A stretch of 64,000 nt of DNA, taken from positions 193,777 to 257,776 of the forward strand of contig CBDBMB010000002.1 of the NCBI GenBank assembly GCA_965207305.1, given 5' to 3'. Positions within the stretch are counted from its first letter, which is position 1; each line of letters opens with the position of its first letter. Of the stretch, positions 43,724-56,255 are shown piece after piece. The position numbers were made by a program, and so were the translations under genes. The notes beneath the pieces are model-generated. The model was given only the letters and a program-made list of their open reading frames with translations, did no database searches and had not been told where the DNA came from. Source of the stretch: Dehalococcoidia bacterium (GTDB lineage: Bacteria > Chloroflexota > Dehalococcoidia > Lucifugimonadales > JAGWBF01).

Positions 43724-44908
43724 CTATCCCAGAACCTGCTCGGCCCGTAGCTCGTCGAGCTGCTCCGGCGTGTAGTCCAGAAGGCCGGTCAGCAGCTCGT
43801 CGGTGTGCTCGCCCGGCATCGGAGTGGGGCCGACCACCGCGGGGGTCCTGCTGAAGTGCCAGAAGTCGCCGGAGACGTTGATCTTCCCGGCGATGGGGTC
43901 GGGCACCTCGACCAGGGCCCCGCGTTCCCACGGGTGGGGGTCCTCGGCGGCCTGGGCGATGGTGTTGACCGGCGCCGCCGTAACGTCGTGGGCGGTGAAG
44001 TGATCGATGCCCTCCCGCATGGTCTTGTCCGCCAGGACCTCCCGGACCGCCGCGTCTACGGCTTCGCCGTTCTTGGACCTGTTGTGCCGCTCGGTGAACC
44101 TGTCGTCCTCCATCCACTCGGGCCTGCCCAGCGCCCGGCACACCCTGGGCCACTGGTGCTGGTCGCCGGCGGAGATGAGGACCCATCCGTCCTTGCACGG
44201 GTACGCCCCGCTGGGCGGGGCCGCCGACTCTCCGCGCTTGGGCAGCTCCCCTCCGCCGGTGTACGCCGTGATGGGTATCTCGGTGTAGCTGTACCCCGTG
44301 TCCGCCAGGCATACGTCGAGGGTCTGACCCTCGCCGGATATCTCCCTCTCCCGCAGGGCCGCCAGGGTGCCGATGGCGGCGTGCAGCGCGGTGGTCCGGT
44401 CGATGATGGGGACGCCGGCGCGGATGGGAGGCATTCCCTCCTCGCCGGTGATCATCATGATCCCGGACATGGCCTGGCCTATGGGGTCGTAGCCTATTCG
44501 CTCCTTGTAGGGGCCGAACTGGCCGTAGGCCGATACGTTGACCATTATTATGCGGGGGTTGAGCTCGTAGAGGACGTCGTAGCCGAAGCCCATCTTGGCG
44601 ATGGTGCCAGGCCTGAAGTTCTGGAGGAAGACGTCGGACACCTTGACCAGGTCCCTCAGGATGCCCTTCGCCTTGTCCTTCCTCAGGTCCATGGCGATGC
44701 TCTTCTTGCCGCTGTTGTACTGGACGAAGTAGGCGCTCTGGCCGTTGGCCCAGGGTCCGTGGGTGCGGGTCTCCTCGCCCCCCAGGCGCTCGATCTTGAT
44801 GACCTCGGCGCCCAGCCTTGCCAGGACCTGTGCGCACCGGGGTCCGGCCTGGTGCCGTCCCAGGTCCAGGACCCTTATCCCCTCCAGTGGAGAACTCACC
44901 GCTCCCAT
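43724..44908 (-). CDS. Family III CoA-transferase (CaiB/BaiF family)
   Basis: LEGIRVLDLGRHQAGPRCAQVLARLGAEVIKIE and GRPEW are present. Start at ATG 44908 with AAGGAGG upstream. Confidence 0.85.
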   Translation of the reverse strand: MGAVSSPLEGIRVLDLGRHQAGPRCAQVLARLGAEVIKIERLGGEETRTHGPWANGQSAYFVQYNSGKKSIAMDLRKDKAKGILRDLVKVSDVFLQNFRPGTIAKMGFGYDVLYELNPRIIMVNVSAYGQFGPYKERIGYDPIGQAMSGIMMITGEEGMPPIRAGVPIIDRTTALHAAIGTLAALREREISGEGQTLDVCLADTGYSYTEIPITAYTGGGELPKRGESAAPPSGAYPCKDGWVLISAGDQHQWPRVCRALGRPEWMEDDRFTERHNRSKNGEAVDAAVREVLADKTMREGIDHFTAHDVTAAPVNTIAQAAEDPHPWERGALVEVPDPIAGKINVSGDFWHFSRTPAVVGPTPMPGEHTDELLTGLLDYTPEQLDELRAEQVLG

Positions 44909-45120
44909 GCGTACCTCCTTCTCGGGCCGGCAGGGCTGGCGGCCCGGGAACGACGCCCAGGAACGTGCGACCCGCCGTTGCCGGTATTCTACGCCGGGCC
45001 ATGGAAAAGGGCAACAATAGGAGCGCGGGCAGGGCGCCCGATACGGAAGCCCGGTGCAGGCCGGTAGGCGCTGTGCTATACTCCCTAGCGAACACGGGAA
45101 CATAGCTAAGGAGGCGGAGA

Positions 45121-46548
45121 ATGATAGACCTGATCGTCAGAGGAGGCCAGGTGGTGACTCCGTGGGGCGTCGGGGACTGGGACGTGGCCATCGAGGGTGA
45201 TAAGATCGCCGCGGTGGCCTCCCCGGGCTCTATCCCCGCCGAGGTTGGCAGGGTTATCGACGCCTCGGGCATGATCGTGGTGCCGGGGGGAATCGAGCCC
45301 CATGCCCACGTGTCCGCCCCGGTGGCGGGAACGAACCTGCTGACGGCTCCGCCGGAGGAGGTGAGCCGGTCGGCCCTCTTCGGCGGGACGACGACCATAA
45401 CCGACTTCGCCATCCAGGGTCCCGGCGTGGACATCCCGGCGGCCATCCAGGAGAGGACGGATACCTGGAAGGGCCACTCCTACTGCGACTACTCCCACCA
45501 CGTCATGCTGCTGGGGGAGATCCCGCCCGAGATCATCGCCCAGATGAACGACGCCGTCGTGGATGGCTTCCCCACCTTCAAGATATTCACCACCAACATA
45601 CGCCCGGTGGCGGGCATCCCGGTGGACGAGCGCCGTCTAGTGGGCATGGGCCACCTGACGGGGGTGATGGAGGAGGCGGTGACCCGGGGGGGCCTCATAT
45701 TCGTCCACGCCGAGGACGACGATATCGTCCAGTACATGTACAACAAGCTGATCCGCGAAGAGAACACCGAGTGGCACAACATGCACGTCGTCCACAACAA
45801 CATGTCCGAGGACCTGTCCTTCCGGCGGGTGCTGCGGGTGGCCGAGTGGACGGGCGCCGCCACCTACTTCGTCCACGTCAGCGCCAAGGAGGGGGTCAAC
45901 GCCATACAGGAGGCCCGGGGTAAGGGCATGCCCATCTACGGCGAGACCTTGCACAACTACGCCTGCTTCAACTCGGACAACTACAAGGAAGAAGACGGGA
46001 TGAAGTACCATACCTACCCGTCGCTGAAGTCCGAGGAGGACCGGAAGTCCCTGTGGGAGGGGATCATCAAGGGCGGCATCAACAGCATGGCCACCGACGA
46101 GTACTGCACCAGCTACGCGGTGAAGACCCAGGGCCGGTCGGTGCTGGACGTCACCGGCGGGCACAACGGCGCCGAGGCCCGCGTCGGCATCACCTTCAGC
46201 GAGGGCGTCAGCAAGCAGGGCATGTCCCTGCAGCGGTTCGTGGACGTGACCTCCGCCAACGCCGCCAAGATCATGGGCTACTACCCGCGCAAGGGGGCCC
46301 TGGCCCCCGGCAGCGACGCCGACATCGTGCTCATCGACCCCAGCATCCGCAAGACCCTGTCCATGAACGACTTCCACATCGGCGACTACAGCGTCTGGGA
46401 GGGCAGGGACATCATCGGCTGGCCCGTCACCACCATCCTGCGGGGCAAGGTGGTGGTGGAGAACGGCCAGTTCCACGGCGCCGGAGGGGGCGGACAGCTC
46501 ATCCCCCGTAAGATAGACCAGGACGTGCTGAACCGCCCGGCCTGCTAG
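45121..46548 (+). CDS. Dihydropyrimidinase / D-hydantoinase-type cyclic amidohydrolase
   Basis: Motifs seen are DLIVRGGQVVTP......DVAIEGDKIAAV, VIDASGMIVVPGGIEPHAHV, FKIF, VHAED and DADIVLIDP. AAGGAGG lies upstream, and an extended -10 (TGcTATACT) is at 45074..45082. Confidence 0.8.
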   Translation: MIDLIVRGGQVVTPWGVGDWDVAIEGDKIAAVASPGSIPAEVGRVIDASGMIVVPGGIEPHAHVSAPVAGTNLLTAPPEEVSRSALFGGTTTITDFAIQGPGVDIPAAIQERTDTWKGHSYCDYSHHVMLLGEIPPEIIAQMNDAVVDGFPTFKIFTTNIRPVAGIPVDERRLVGMGHLTGVMEEAVTRGGLIFVHAEDDDIVQYMYNKLIREENTEWHNMHVVHNNMSEDLSFRRVLRVAEWTGAATYFVHVSAKEGVNAIQEARGKGMPIYGETLHNYACFNSDNYKEEDGMKYHTYPSLKSEEDRKSLWEGIIKGGINSMATDEYCTSYAVKTQGRSVLDVTGGHNGAEARVGITFSEGVSKQGMSLQRFVDVTSANAAKIMGYYPRKGALAPGSDADIVLIDPSIRKTLSMNDFHIGDYSVWEGRDIIGWPVTTILRGKVVVENGQFHGAGGGGQLIPRKIDQDVLNRPAC

Positions 46549-46570
46549 GGTGTCCCAAAGGAGCCGAACG

Positions 46571-46906
46571 ATGATGTGGAGACTCTACTCCGGGGACGAC
46601 GGCCAGTCCCACTTCGAGGAGCTGAGGCCCCCCACGGGCCCGCTGGAGGCCTCGCCCATGCAGGCGGCCACCGGCATCACCTTTCGGCAGTCCGAGCCGG
46701 GGGAGTTCATCGACTTTCACGTGGCCCCCAGGCGGCAATACGTCATAACGCTGGCGGGATACGTGGAGATCGGCCTGGGAGACGGCACCTCGAAGGTGCT
46801 CGGCCCCGGAGACGTGATGCTCGCGGAGGACCTTACAGGCAAGGGTCACACCACGCGGATCGTGGGCAACGAGACCCGGCTGTCGGTGGCTGTGCCGTTG
46901 GCCTGA
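46571..46906 (+). CDS. Small cupin-like protein, paralog A (function unknown)
   Basis: The sequence is MMWRLYSGDDGQSHFEEL...FHVAPRRQYVITLAGYVEIGLGDG....LGPGDVMLAEDLTGKGHTTR. Start at ATG 46571 with AAGGAG upstream. The fold assignment is tentative. Confidence 0.55.
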   Translation: MMWRLYSGDDGQSHFEELRPPTGPLEASPMQAATGITFRQSEPGEFIDFHVAPRRQYVITLAGYVEIGLGDGTSKVLGPGDVMLAEDLTGKGHTTRIVGNETRLSVAVPLA

Positions 46907-46991
46907 CCGCCCCGGACTTGGGACCCCCCCGGATGGGGGAGGCTGGAACGCAGGGGCGCATGGTTGTGCGCCCCTACTCGTAGGAGGAGCC

Positions 46992-47357
46992 GTGGCCACC
47001 TTTGCGAGGATATACGTGGGTGAGGATGGCCTGTCCCACGTCGAGGACATCGAGCCGCCTTTCGGGGCGTCGGCGGACCCCGAGGGCGCCCTGGAGGCGA
47101 CCCCCTTCAGCCGTGCCACGGAGGTGGCCTTCCGCAGGTCGCCCCCGGGCCACTTCCAGGACTTTCATACCCCGCCTCGACGCCAGTACACGGTGACCCT
47201 GTCCGGCGAGATCGAGGTGACGCCCGAGGACGGCAAGACACGCCGCTTCGGGCCCGGCACGGTCCTTCTGGTGGAGGACCTCACGGGGAGGGGTCACACC
47301 ACCCGGGTCGTGGGGTCGGAGGTGCGGGTGTTCATGGTGGTTGCCCTGGATGACTGA
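46992..47357 (+). CDS. Small cupin-like protein, paralog B (tandem duplicate of 46571..46906)
   Basis: FARIYVGEDGLSHVEDI...FHTPPRRQYTVTLSGEIEVTPEDG....FGPGTVLLVEDLTGRGHTTR is clearly alignable to the preceding gene. GTG start with AGGAGG upstream. Confidence 0.55.
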   Translation: MATFARIYVGEDGLSHVEDIEPPFGASADPEGALEATPFSRATEVAFRRSPPGHFQDFHTPPRRQYTVTLSGEIEVTPEDGKTRRFGPGTVLLVEDLTGRGHTTRVVGSEVRVFMVVALDD

Positions 47358-47415
47358 GGCGGACTAGAATGACCGGGACTCTCTGGGGAACCTCTAGAGC
47401 ACAGATCGAGGAGCC

Positions 47416-50130
47416 ATGACGGAGATACCCAAAGCGTACGATCCGGCGGAGGTCGAGGGCCGCATCTACGACACCTGGCTGGACCAAGGCTACTTTGCTC
47501 CCTCCTCCGACCCGGACAAGAGGCCCTTCGTCGTCATCATGCCCCCGCCCAACGTGACCGGCCAGCTCCACCTTGGCCACGCCCTGACGGCGGCCGTGGA
47601 GGACGTGCTTTGCAGGTGGCACCGTATGATAGGCGACGCGACCCTATGGCTGCCCGGCAAGGACCACGCCGGCATCGCCACCCAGTGGGTGGTGGAGCAG
47701 CAGCTCGCCCGGGAGGGCACCAGCCGCCAGGAGCTGGGCAGGGAGAGGTTCGTGGAGCGGGTCTGGGAGTGGGTCCGCGAGTACGGAAACGCCATAGACG
47801 AGCAGCACAAGCGCCTGGGGGCGTCCTGTGACTGGTCGCGCCTGCGGTTTACCCTGGACCCGGGGCCCAGCAGGGCCGTCCGCACCACCTTCGTCGACCT
47901 GTACGACAGGGGCCTCATCTACCGGGGAGAGAGGATCATCAACTGGTGCCCCCGGTGCTCCACGGCCCTATCGGACCTCGAGGTGGAGCACGAGGAACGA
48001 GAGGGACGACTGTACTACATAAGATACCCGCTGGCCTCGGGCAGCGGACACGTGGTGGTCGCGACCACCCGCCCGGAGACCATGCTGGGCGACACCGGAG
48101 TGGCCGTACACCCGGAAGACCCCCGCTACGAGGAACTGGTCGGGAAGGACGTGACGCTGCCCATCGTGGGCAGGCCGGTCCCCATCGTCCCCGATGGGGC
48201 GATAGACCCCGAGTTCGGCACCGGCGCCCTGAAGGTCACCCCCGGGCACGACCCGGTGGACTTCGACATCGGCCGTCGCCATGGCCTGGCGGTGATAACC
48301 GTCGTCGCCCAGGACGGCAGCATGACCGCCGAGGCGGGTCCCTACCAGGGCATCGAGCGGTTCGAAGCGCGGGACGCCCTGGTCGCCCAGCTCGAATCCG
48401 AGGGGCTCCTGGAGCGGACCGAGGAGTACACCCACTCGGTGGGCCACTGCCAGCGGTGCAAGACGGTGGTGGAGCCCCTGGTCAGCACCCAGTGGTTCAT
48501 GGACGTGGGCAAGCACGACGACGCAAGCTCCATAGCTGGCCGGGCCTACGCCGCGGTGGACGAGGGACGGGTACGGGTCGTGCCGGACCGTTTCACCCGC
48601 GTCTACCTGAACTGGCTGGAGAACATACGGGACTGGTGCATCAGCCGCCAGCTCTGGTGGGGGCACCGCATCCCGGTGTGGTACTGCGGTGACTGCAGGG
48701 CGCTTACGGTCCGGGTCGAGGACCCCGAGGCCTGCGCCGAGTGCGGTTCCGCGAACCTGGAGCAGGACCCCGACGTTCTGGACACCTGGTTCAGCTCCGG
48801 GCTGTGGCCCCACTCCACCCTCGGCTGGCCCGGGGACACCGACGACATGGCGCGGTTCTATCCCGGGGCGGGGTTCCGCCCGGAGGACGGCGGCCACGAC
48901 TCCTTCGTCATGGAGACGGGCTACGACATCCTGTTCTTCTGGGTAGCCCGCATGATAATGATGGGGCTGGCCAACACGGGCCGGGAGCCCTTCCATACAG
49001 TGTTCCTGCACGGGCTCATCCGGGACACCCAGGGCGTCAAGATGAGCAAGACCAAGGGCAACGTCCTCGACCCGCTGGAGCTAATCGACGAGTTCGGGAC
49101 CGACGCCATGCGCTTCGCATTGACGACGGGGACGGCCCCCGGGAACGACCTGCGGGTGGGCGAGTCGAAGCTGGAGGCGGGCCGCAACTTTGCCAACAAG
49201 CTGTGGAACGCCGCCCGGTTCGTGATGACGAGCCTGGACGGAGCGGATGCCCGGTCCCTGGAGGGGTGGTACGACCCGCGCGGCGTGGACCACCGGCAGG
49301 ACCGCTGGATCCTCCATCGGCTGAACGTGACCGTCGCCTCCGTGGGAGACTACCTGAAGACCTACGAGCTGGGCGAGGCCCAGAGGGTCATGTACGAGTT
49401 CCTGTGGGGCGAGTTCTGCGACTGGTACATCGAGATGGCCAAGGTCAGGCTGCGCGATGGGGAAGGGGCTCCCCTGAGGGTCCTGGCCCACGTGCTGGAG
49501 CGCACCCTCCGCCTGCTCCATCCGTTCATGCCCTTCATCACCGAGGAGCTGTGGCAGGCCCTCCTCAGGCGGCTGCCCGCGGAGGGCGACCCTCCGGCGT
49601 CCATCATGGTCGCGGCCTACCCTGCGGCGGACCCGGCCCAAGTGGACCCCCAGGCGGAGCGGGAGATGAGGGCCCTGGTCCAGATGGTCCGGGCCATACG
49701 CAACGCCCGTGCCCAGCTCCGGATACCGGCGGCCCAGTTCCTGGAGGCCGCCGTGGAGGCCAACGGCCTGCGAGACGTGGTGGTCCAGGAGTCGCCGGCC
49801 ATCCGGACCCTGGCGCGGGTGGAGCCCCTGCGTATCGTGGATGCGGCAGCCGAGGGGCCGGCGGGGCACTCCATGACCCTGGTGGTGGACCCGCTGGTGG
49901 TCCGGCTGCCCCTGGCCGGCGTGGTGGACGTGTCCGCCGAGAGGACCAGGCTGGGCAGAGAGCTGGAGGAGTGCAGGACCAACCTCGGACGGGTCAGCGG
50001 CCTCCTGAGCAACCCCAAGTTCAGCGGCAGGGCACCCGAGGAGGTGGTGGAGCGGGAGCGGGAGAGGCTCGGGTCCCTGCAGGAGCGGGAACGCCGGCTG
50101 CAGGAGGTCCTCTCCCAGCTGGGCGATTGA
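47416..50130 (+). CDS. valS: Valine--tRNA ligase
   Basis: PPPNVTGQLHLGHA is the HIGH-type motif and KMSKTKGN the KMSKS motif. The CP1 editing domain and a C-terminal coiled coil are present. 904 aa. Confidence 0.95.
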   Translation: MTEIPKAYDPAEVEGRIYDTWLDQGYFAPSSDPDKRPFVVIMPPPNVTGQLHLGHALTAAVEDVLCRWHRMIGDATLWLPGKDHAGIATQWVVEQQLAREGTSRQELGRERFVERVWEWVREYGNAIDEQHKRLGASCDWSRLRFTLDPGPSRAVRTTFVDLYDRGLIYRGERIINWCPRCSTALSDLEVEHEEREGRLYYIRYPLASGSGHVVVATTRPETMLGDTGVAVHPEDPRYEELVGKDVTLPIVGRPVPIVPDGAIDPEFGTGALKVTPGHDPVDFDIGRRHGLAVITVVAQDGSMTAEAGPYQGIERFEARDALVAQLESEGLLERTEEYTHSVGHCQRCKTVVEPLVSTQWFMDVGKHDDASSIAGRAYAAVDEGRVRVVPDRFTRVYLNWLENIRDWCISRQLWWGHRIPVWYCGDCRALTVRVEDPEACAECGSANLEQDPDVLDTWFSSGLWPHSTLGWPGDTDDMARFYPGAGFRPEDGGHDSFVMETGYDILFFWVARMIMMGLANTGREPFHTVFLHGLIRDTQGVKMSKTKGNVLDPLELIDEFGTDAMRFALTTGTAPGNDLRVGESKLEAGRNFANKLWNAARFVMTSLDGADARSLEGWYDPRGVDHRQDRWILHRLNVTVASVGDYLKTYELGEAQRVMYEFLWGEFCDWYIEMAKVRLRDGEGAPLRVLAHVLERTLRLLHPFMPFITEELWQALLRRLPAEGDPPASIMVAAYPAADPAQVDPQAEREMRALVQMVRAIRNARAQLRIPAAQFLEAAVEANGLRDVVVQESPAIRTLARVEPLRIVDAAAEGPAGHSMTLVVDPLVVRLPLAGVVDVSAERTRLGRELEECRTNLGRVSGLLSNPKFSGRAPEEVVERERERLGSLQERERRLQEVLSQLGD

Positions 50131-50141
50131 CCCGCCGGTTG

Positions 50142-51083
50142 CTAGCCGGACTGCGCGTGGTCGTAGAGCCTGTCGGCCATCGAGGCGATCTCCGCCGTCA
50201 TCGTAAGCCGTTGGCGCCACTCCTCCGGCACGCTTGTTGCCCCGTAGTGGGCCCCGGCGATCTGGCCGTAGATCGCGGCGGTGGTGTCCGCGTCATCCCC
50301 CAGGTTGGCGGCCAGGAGGGCCCCCTCGCGAAAGTCCCGCGACCGGTGGAAGGCCCAGAGCGCCGCCTCCAGCGATTTGACGACGTAGCCCGACCCCTCG
50401 ATCTCAGGGGGTTCCCGGTCCTTGAAAGACCCTTCGGCTATCTCCGCAATCTTCTCCGACAGCGGGCTTCTGTCCCACAGGCCCTGGACAGGGCAATAGC
50501 GGGGGGAGAGAAGGGTCCCCTTGTCGATGCCGTGTAAGGCGCCCACGAGCAGGCCGGAGAAGTATCGGCAAGCGTCGACCGCCTCTTCGGCCCCGTGGGT
50601 GGTCCTGGAGCTGTCGGCGCTCCGGTCGATGGCCTCCTCGGCATGGCCGGCGAAGTACATGGGCACCGGGGCCAGCCGCATCAGCGAGCCGTTCCCCGCG
50701 GAGTAGGCGTCGGAGGAGCCCGAGTAGGGATCGCCGGTCCGCTGGAAGCGCGACAGGGCGCTTGCGACGGTGTTGCCTATGTCGAAGCATGACCCCGTCG
50801 AGGACAGGTACCCCTCCTCCCGCCAACGCAGGTAGCGTTGCATCTGGTCCATGGGGTCGAAGCCGCCGGTCTCGATGAGGCTGGCGGCCAGGCACAGGGC
50901 CATGGACGTGTCGTCGGTCCACTGGCCGGGCTTCAGACCGAAGGGTCCGCCGCCGACCATGTCGTCGATGGGTCGGAAGGTGCCTGGGGCCCGGAATTCC
51001 AGTGCAACGCCCAGGGCGTCACCCGCGGCCAGCCCCAGCAGGCAGCCGCGAAAACGGTCCCGGGCCGTCGTGGCTGCCGTCAA
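50142..51083 (-). CDS. ADP-ribosylglycohydrolase-family protein
   Basis: [35 protein letters not shown] and [20 protein letters not shown] are present. A possible TTG start at 51083 overlaps the upstream TGA (TTGA). The track ORF extends to 51179. Confidence 0.75.
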   Translation of the reverse strand: MTAATTARDRFRGCLLGLAAGDALGVALEFRAPGTFRPIDDMVGGGPFGLKPGQWTDDTSMALCLAASLIETGGFDPMDQMQRYLRWREEGYLSSTGSCFDIGNTVASALSRFQRTGDPYSGSSDAYSAGNGSLMRLAPVPMYFAGHAEEAIDRSADSSRTTHGAEEAVDACRYFSGLLVGALHGIDKGTLLSPRYCPVQGLWDRSPLSEKIAEIAEGSFKDREPPEIEGSGYVVKSLEAALWAFHRSRDFREGALLAANLGDDADTTAAIYGQIAGAHYGATSVPEEWRQRLTMTAEIASMADRLYDHAQSG

Positions 51084-51808
51084 GAAGCCTGGGCCTCGCG
51101 CCTGGGGATGGACGTCCGCAGCGCCTCCAGCCTGACCAGGCCCTTCTTGGTGTCCGAGGCGACCCGGGCCGGGTCCCATATCTCCACCCTTCGCTTGAAG
51201 AGTCCGTAGGTGAACTCCTTCATCTCGGTGACGTTCACCGACCGGCCGCTGGGCCTGCCCCGTCCCTTGATATACTCCTTCAGCAGGTCGGTCCTGGTCT
51301 CACTGTACAGCCGCATGAAGGCCTGCTCCACCAGGTCCTCGCTGTCGGGGAAGCCCCGGGCCCGGTGCTGCTTTCGGACCTCCTCCTCCACGGCGAGCTG
51401 CAACGCCTCCTCGACTACCACGCCGTACCAGAAGTTGAGGAAAGCCCGGTGCTTGTTATAGCCCAGGTAGTCTCGAAACTGGGAGGCGCTGATTCCGCCG
51501 GGCAGCTCTCCCTCGAAGAGGAGGCGTTCCTTGTCGTTGGATGAGACCAGGCCGTCCAGCTCGCCGCACAGACGCTCGGCCAGCAGCAGCCAGTCGAAGG
51601 CCTCGTCCCGGATCAGGTAGCGGTAGGTCCTGCCCCGGTGCCACTCCTCGGGGAGGGTCCACATGCCCACCGCTTCGAGGAGCGCCTCATGCCAGGGCTT
51701 GCCACCGTGGACCGCCCTGCGGAGGTGGACGACGGCCTCGGGCTCCCCGGTGGCCGGCACACCGGGCCTGGGGTCGGTTGCATCCTCGTCGCTGGGGGTC
51801 TTGGGCAT
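51080..51808 (-). CDS. Hypothetical protein (242 aa), translationally coupled to the ADP-ribosylglycohydrolase gene
   Basis: The open frame has host-like codon usage. There is no family I recognise ([18 protein letters not shown]..., [20 protein letters not shown]...). Confidence 0.55.
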   Translation of the reverse strand: MPKTPSDEDATDPRPGVPATGEPEAVVHLRRAVHGGKPWHEALLEAVGMWTLPEEWHRGRTYRYLIRDEAFDWLLLAERLCGELDGLVSSNDKERLLFEGELPGGISASQFRDYLGYNKHRAFLNFWYGVVVEEALQLAVEEEVRKQHRARGFPDSEDLVEQAFMRLYSETRTDLLKEYIKGRGRPSGRSVNVTEMKEFTYGLFKRRVEIWDPARVASDTKKGLVRLEALRTSIPRREAQAS

Positions 51809-51823
51809 GACCGGCTTCCCAGG

Positions 51824-53587
51824 CTAGCCGCGCCCCGCCAGCAGGGAACGACGGTGGGGTTTCGGCGTACTCAGGTAGGCCAGGAGGTCCGGCGCAGGAA
51901 GGGTGTTGAGGATGTGCCGGGACTCGCACCACCCGCGGCGGGCCATGGCGACACCGAACCGGACGTGGGCCAGGTCGGGGATGCAACGGGCGTCGCTCCC
52001 GATGGCCAGGGGCGCCCCCAGGTCCATGGCTCTCTGTACGTGGCTGTCCTTCAGGTCTAGGCGGTCGGGGTTTCCGTTGATCTCCAGGGCCGTTCCCGTG
52101 GCCGCCGCGGCGGCGAACAGGGCCTCCACGTCCACGCCCTCGGACTCCCGCGCCCCGACCGTGCGGCACGTGGGGTGGCCCACGACGTCGACGTTGGGGT
52201 CGTCCATGGCACTGACGATGCGCCGCGTCATCTCCGCCGGACTCTGGCCCAGGGCGGTATGGACCGAGGCGACGACTATGTCGAGCTGCCGGAGGACCTC
52301 CTCGGGGTGGTCCAGGGAGCCGTCCGGGAGTATCTCGACCTCGCACCCCGACAGCACACGGATACCGCATCGTTCCCCGAGGGAGGCCAGGGTCCGGACC
52401 TGCTCCAGGAGGTCCCTGGACGACAGGCCGGCGGAGGTCCCCCGCCCCGGTGAGCGGTCGGTGATGGCGACGTACTCCAACCCCGAGGCGGCGGCTGCGC
52501 GGACCATCGCCTCCAGCGAGTCGGCGCCGTCGGCCCAGTCGGAGTGGACGTGGATGTCTCCCCGGAGGTCGCCAAGCTCGACGAGCCGCGGAAGCCGGCC
52601 CTCCCGTGCCAGGTCCAGCTCCCACATCCCCTCCCTGATCTCCGGCGGTATCAGGGGGAGCCCCAGCCGCCGGTAGAAGCCCTCTTCGTCGGCCTGCTTC
52701 TCCAGGACGCCCGACTCCAGGTCGCTGATGCCGTACTCGTTCAGGGACAGGCCCTGCTGGTTGGCGTAGTCCCTGAGCAGGATGGAGTGCTGCTGGCTTC
52801 CCGTGAAGTACTGGAGCATTGCGCCCCAGGAGTCGGCGTCCACCATGCGAAGGTCGATCTGGAGGCCGGACTGGACCACGACGCTGGACTTCTTGCTGCC
52901 GTGGCCCAACACCTCCCGCACCTGGGGAAGCGCCACCAGGGCGTCCATGACGGCGTCTGGATCGTCGGACGTGCCCATGATGTCGATGTCTCCCACCGTT
53001 TCCTTAGACCTGCGAAGGCTGCCGGCGGGGCTGACCCTGTCCAGGCCGGGGCAGGCCTGGCGTAGCTGGGAGATGATCTCCTCGGCCATGGGCAGCGCGG
53101 CGCCGATGGGAACGCGGCTCTTCTTGCTGCGCATGCGGCGCACGTGGCGGAGGATGTTCTGCGCCGTCTTCTCGCCCATGCGTGGGACGTCGGCCAGGCG
53201 TCCCTGCAGGATGGCCCGCTCCAGCTCCTCCACCGTCCCGGCGCCCGTCTCCCGCGCTATGAGCACCGCGGTCTTCGGCCCCACCCCGGGGATGTTCATG
53301 AAGGTGAGGGACCCCCTGGGGAGCTCTCCCTTGAGGCGTTCGTAGGCGTCCACCCGGCCCGTGGTCACCATCTCCTGGATCTTCTTGCTGATGGCGTCGC
53401 CGATCCCGGGAATGGCCTTGAGGTCCTCTCCCTCGCGGACCGCCTTCTCCAGAGACATGGGTAGCTGCTCCACCGTGCGCGCCGCCCGCTGGTAGGCGCG
53501 CACCTTGAAGATGCTGTCTCCCTTCATCTGGAGGAGGGTGGCCATGTCGTCGAACAGGCCGGCTATCTGGTCGTTGGTGCTGGACAT
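51824..53587 (-). CDS. polX: DNA polymerase/3'-5' exonuclease PolX (Pol X domain plus PHP domain)
   Basis: Seen in order: N-terminal 8-kDa/HhH (IAGLFDDMATLLQMKGDSIFKVRAYQRAARTV, IPGIGDAISKKI), the GDIDI palm motif, and a C-terminal PHP domain (GDIHVHSDWADG). Confidence 0.9.
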   Translation of the reverse strand: MSSTNDQIAGLFDDMATLLQMKGDSIFKVRAYQRAARTVEQLPMSLEKAVREGEDLKAIPGIGDAISKKIQEMVTTGRVDAYERLKGELPRGSLTFMNIPGVGPKTAVLIARETGAGTVEELERAILQGRLADVPRMGEKTAQNILRHVRRMRSKKSRVPIGAALPMAEEIISQLRQACPGLDRVSPAGSLRRSKETVGDIDIMGTSDDPDAVMDALVALPQVREVLGHGSKKSSVVVQSGLQIDLRMVDADSWGAMLQYFTGSQQHSILLRDYANQQGLSLNEYGISDLESGVLEKQADEEGFYRRLGLPLIPPEIREGMWELDLAREGRLPRLVELGDLRGDIHVHSDWADGADSLEAMVRAAAASGLEYVAITDRSPGRGTSAGLSSRDLLEQVRTLASLGERCGIRVLSGCEVEILPDGSLDHPEEVLRQLDIVVASVHTALGQSPAEMTRRIVSAMDDPNVDVVGHPTCRTVGARESEGVDVEALFAAAAATGTALEINGNPDRLDLKDSHVQRAMDLGAPLAIGSDARCIPDLAHVRFGVAMARRGWCESRHILNTLPAPDLLAYLSTPKPHRRSLLAGRG

Positions 53588-53608
53588 CGGGATCGGGTGG
53601 GGGAGGCC

Positions 53609-56245
<2,637 letters not shown>

Positions 56246-56255
56246 ACGGGCTCCC

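Noticed and set aside
47358-47415. A T-box or other leader upstream of valS, and similarly upstream of cysS.
   Set aside because: The valS spacer is only 58 nt, and cysS overlaps ispF. Neither can hold a T-box riboswitch of about 200 nt.
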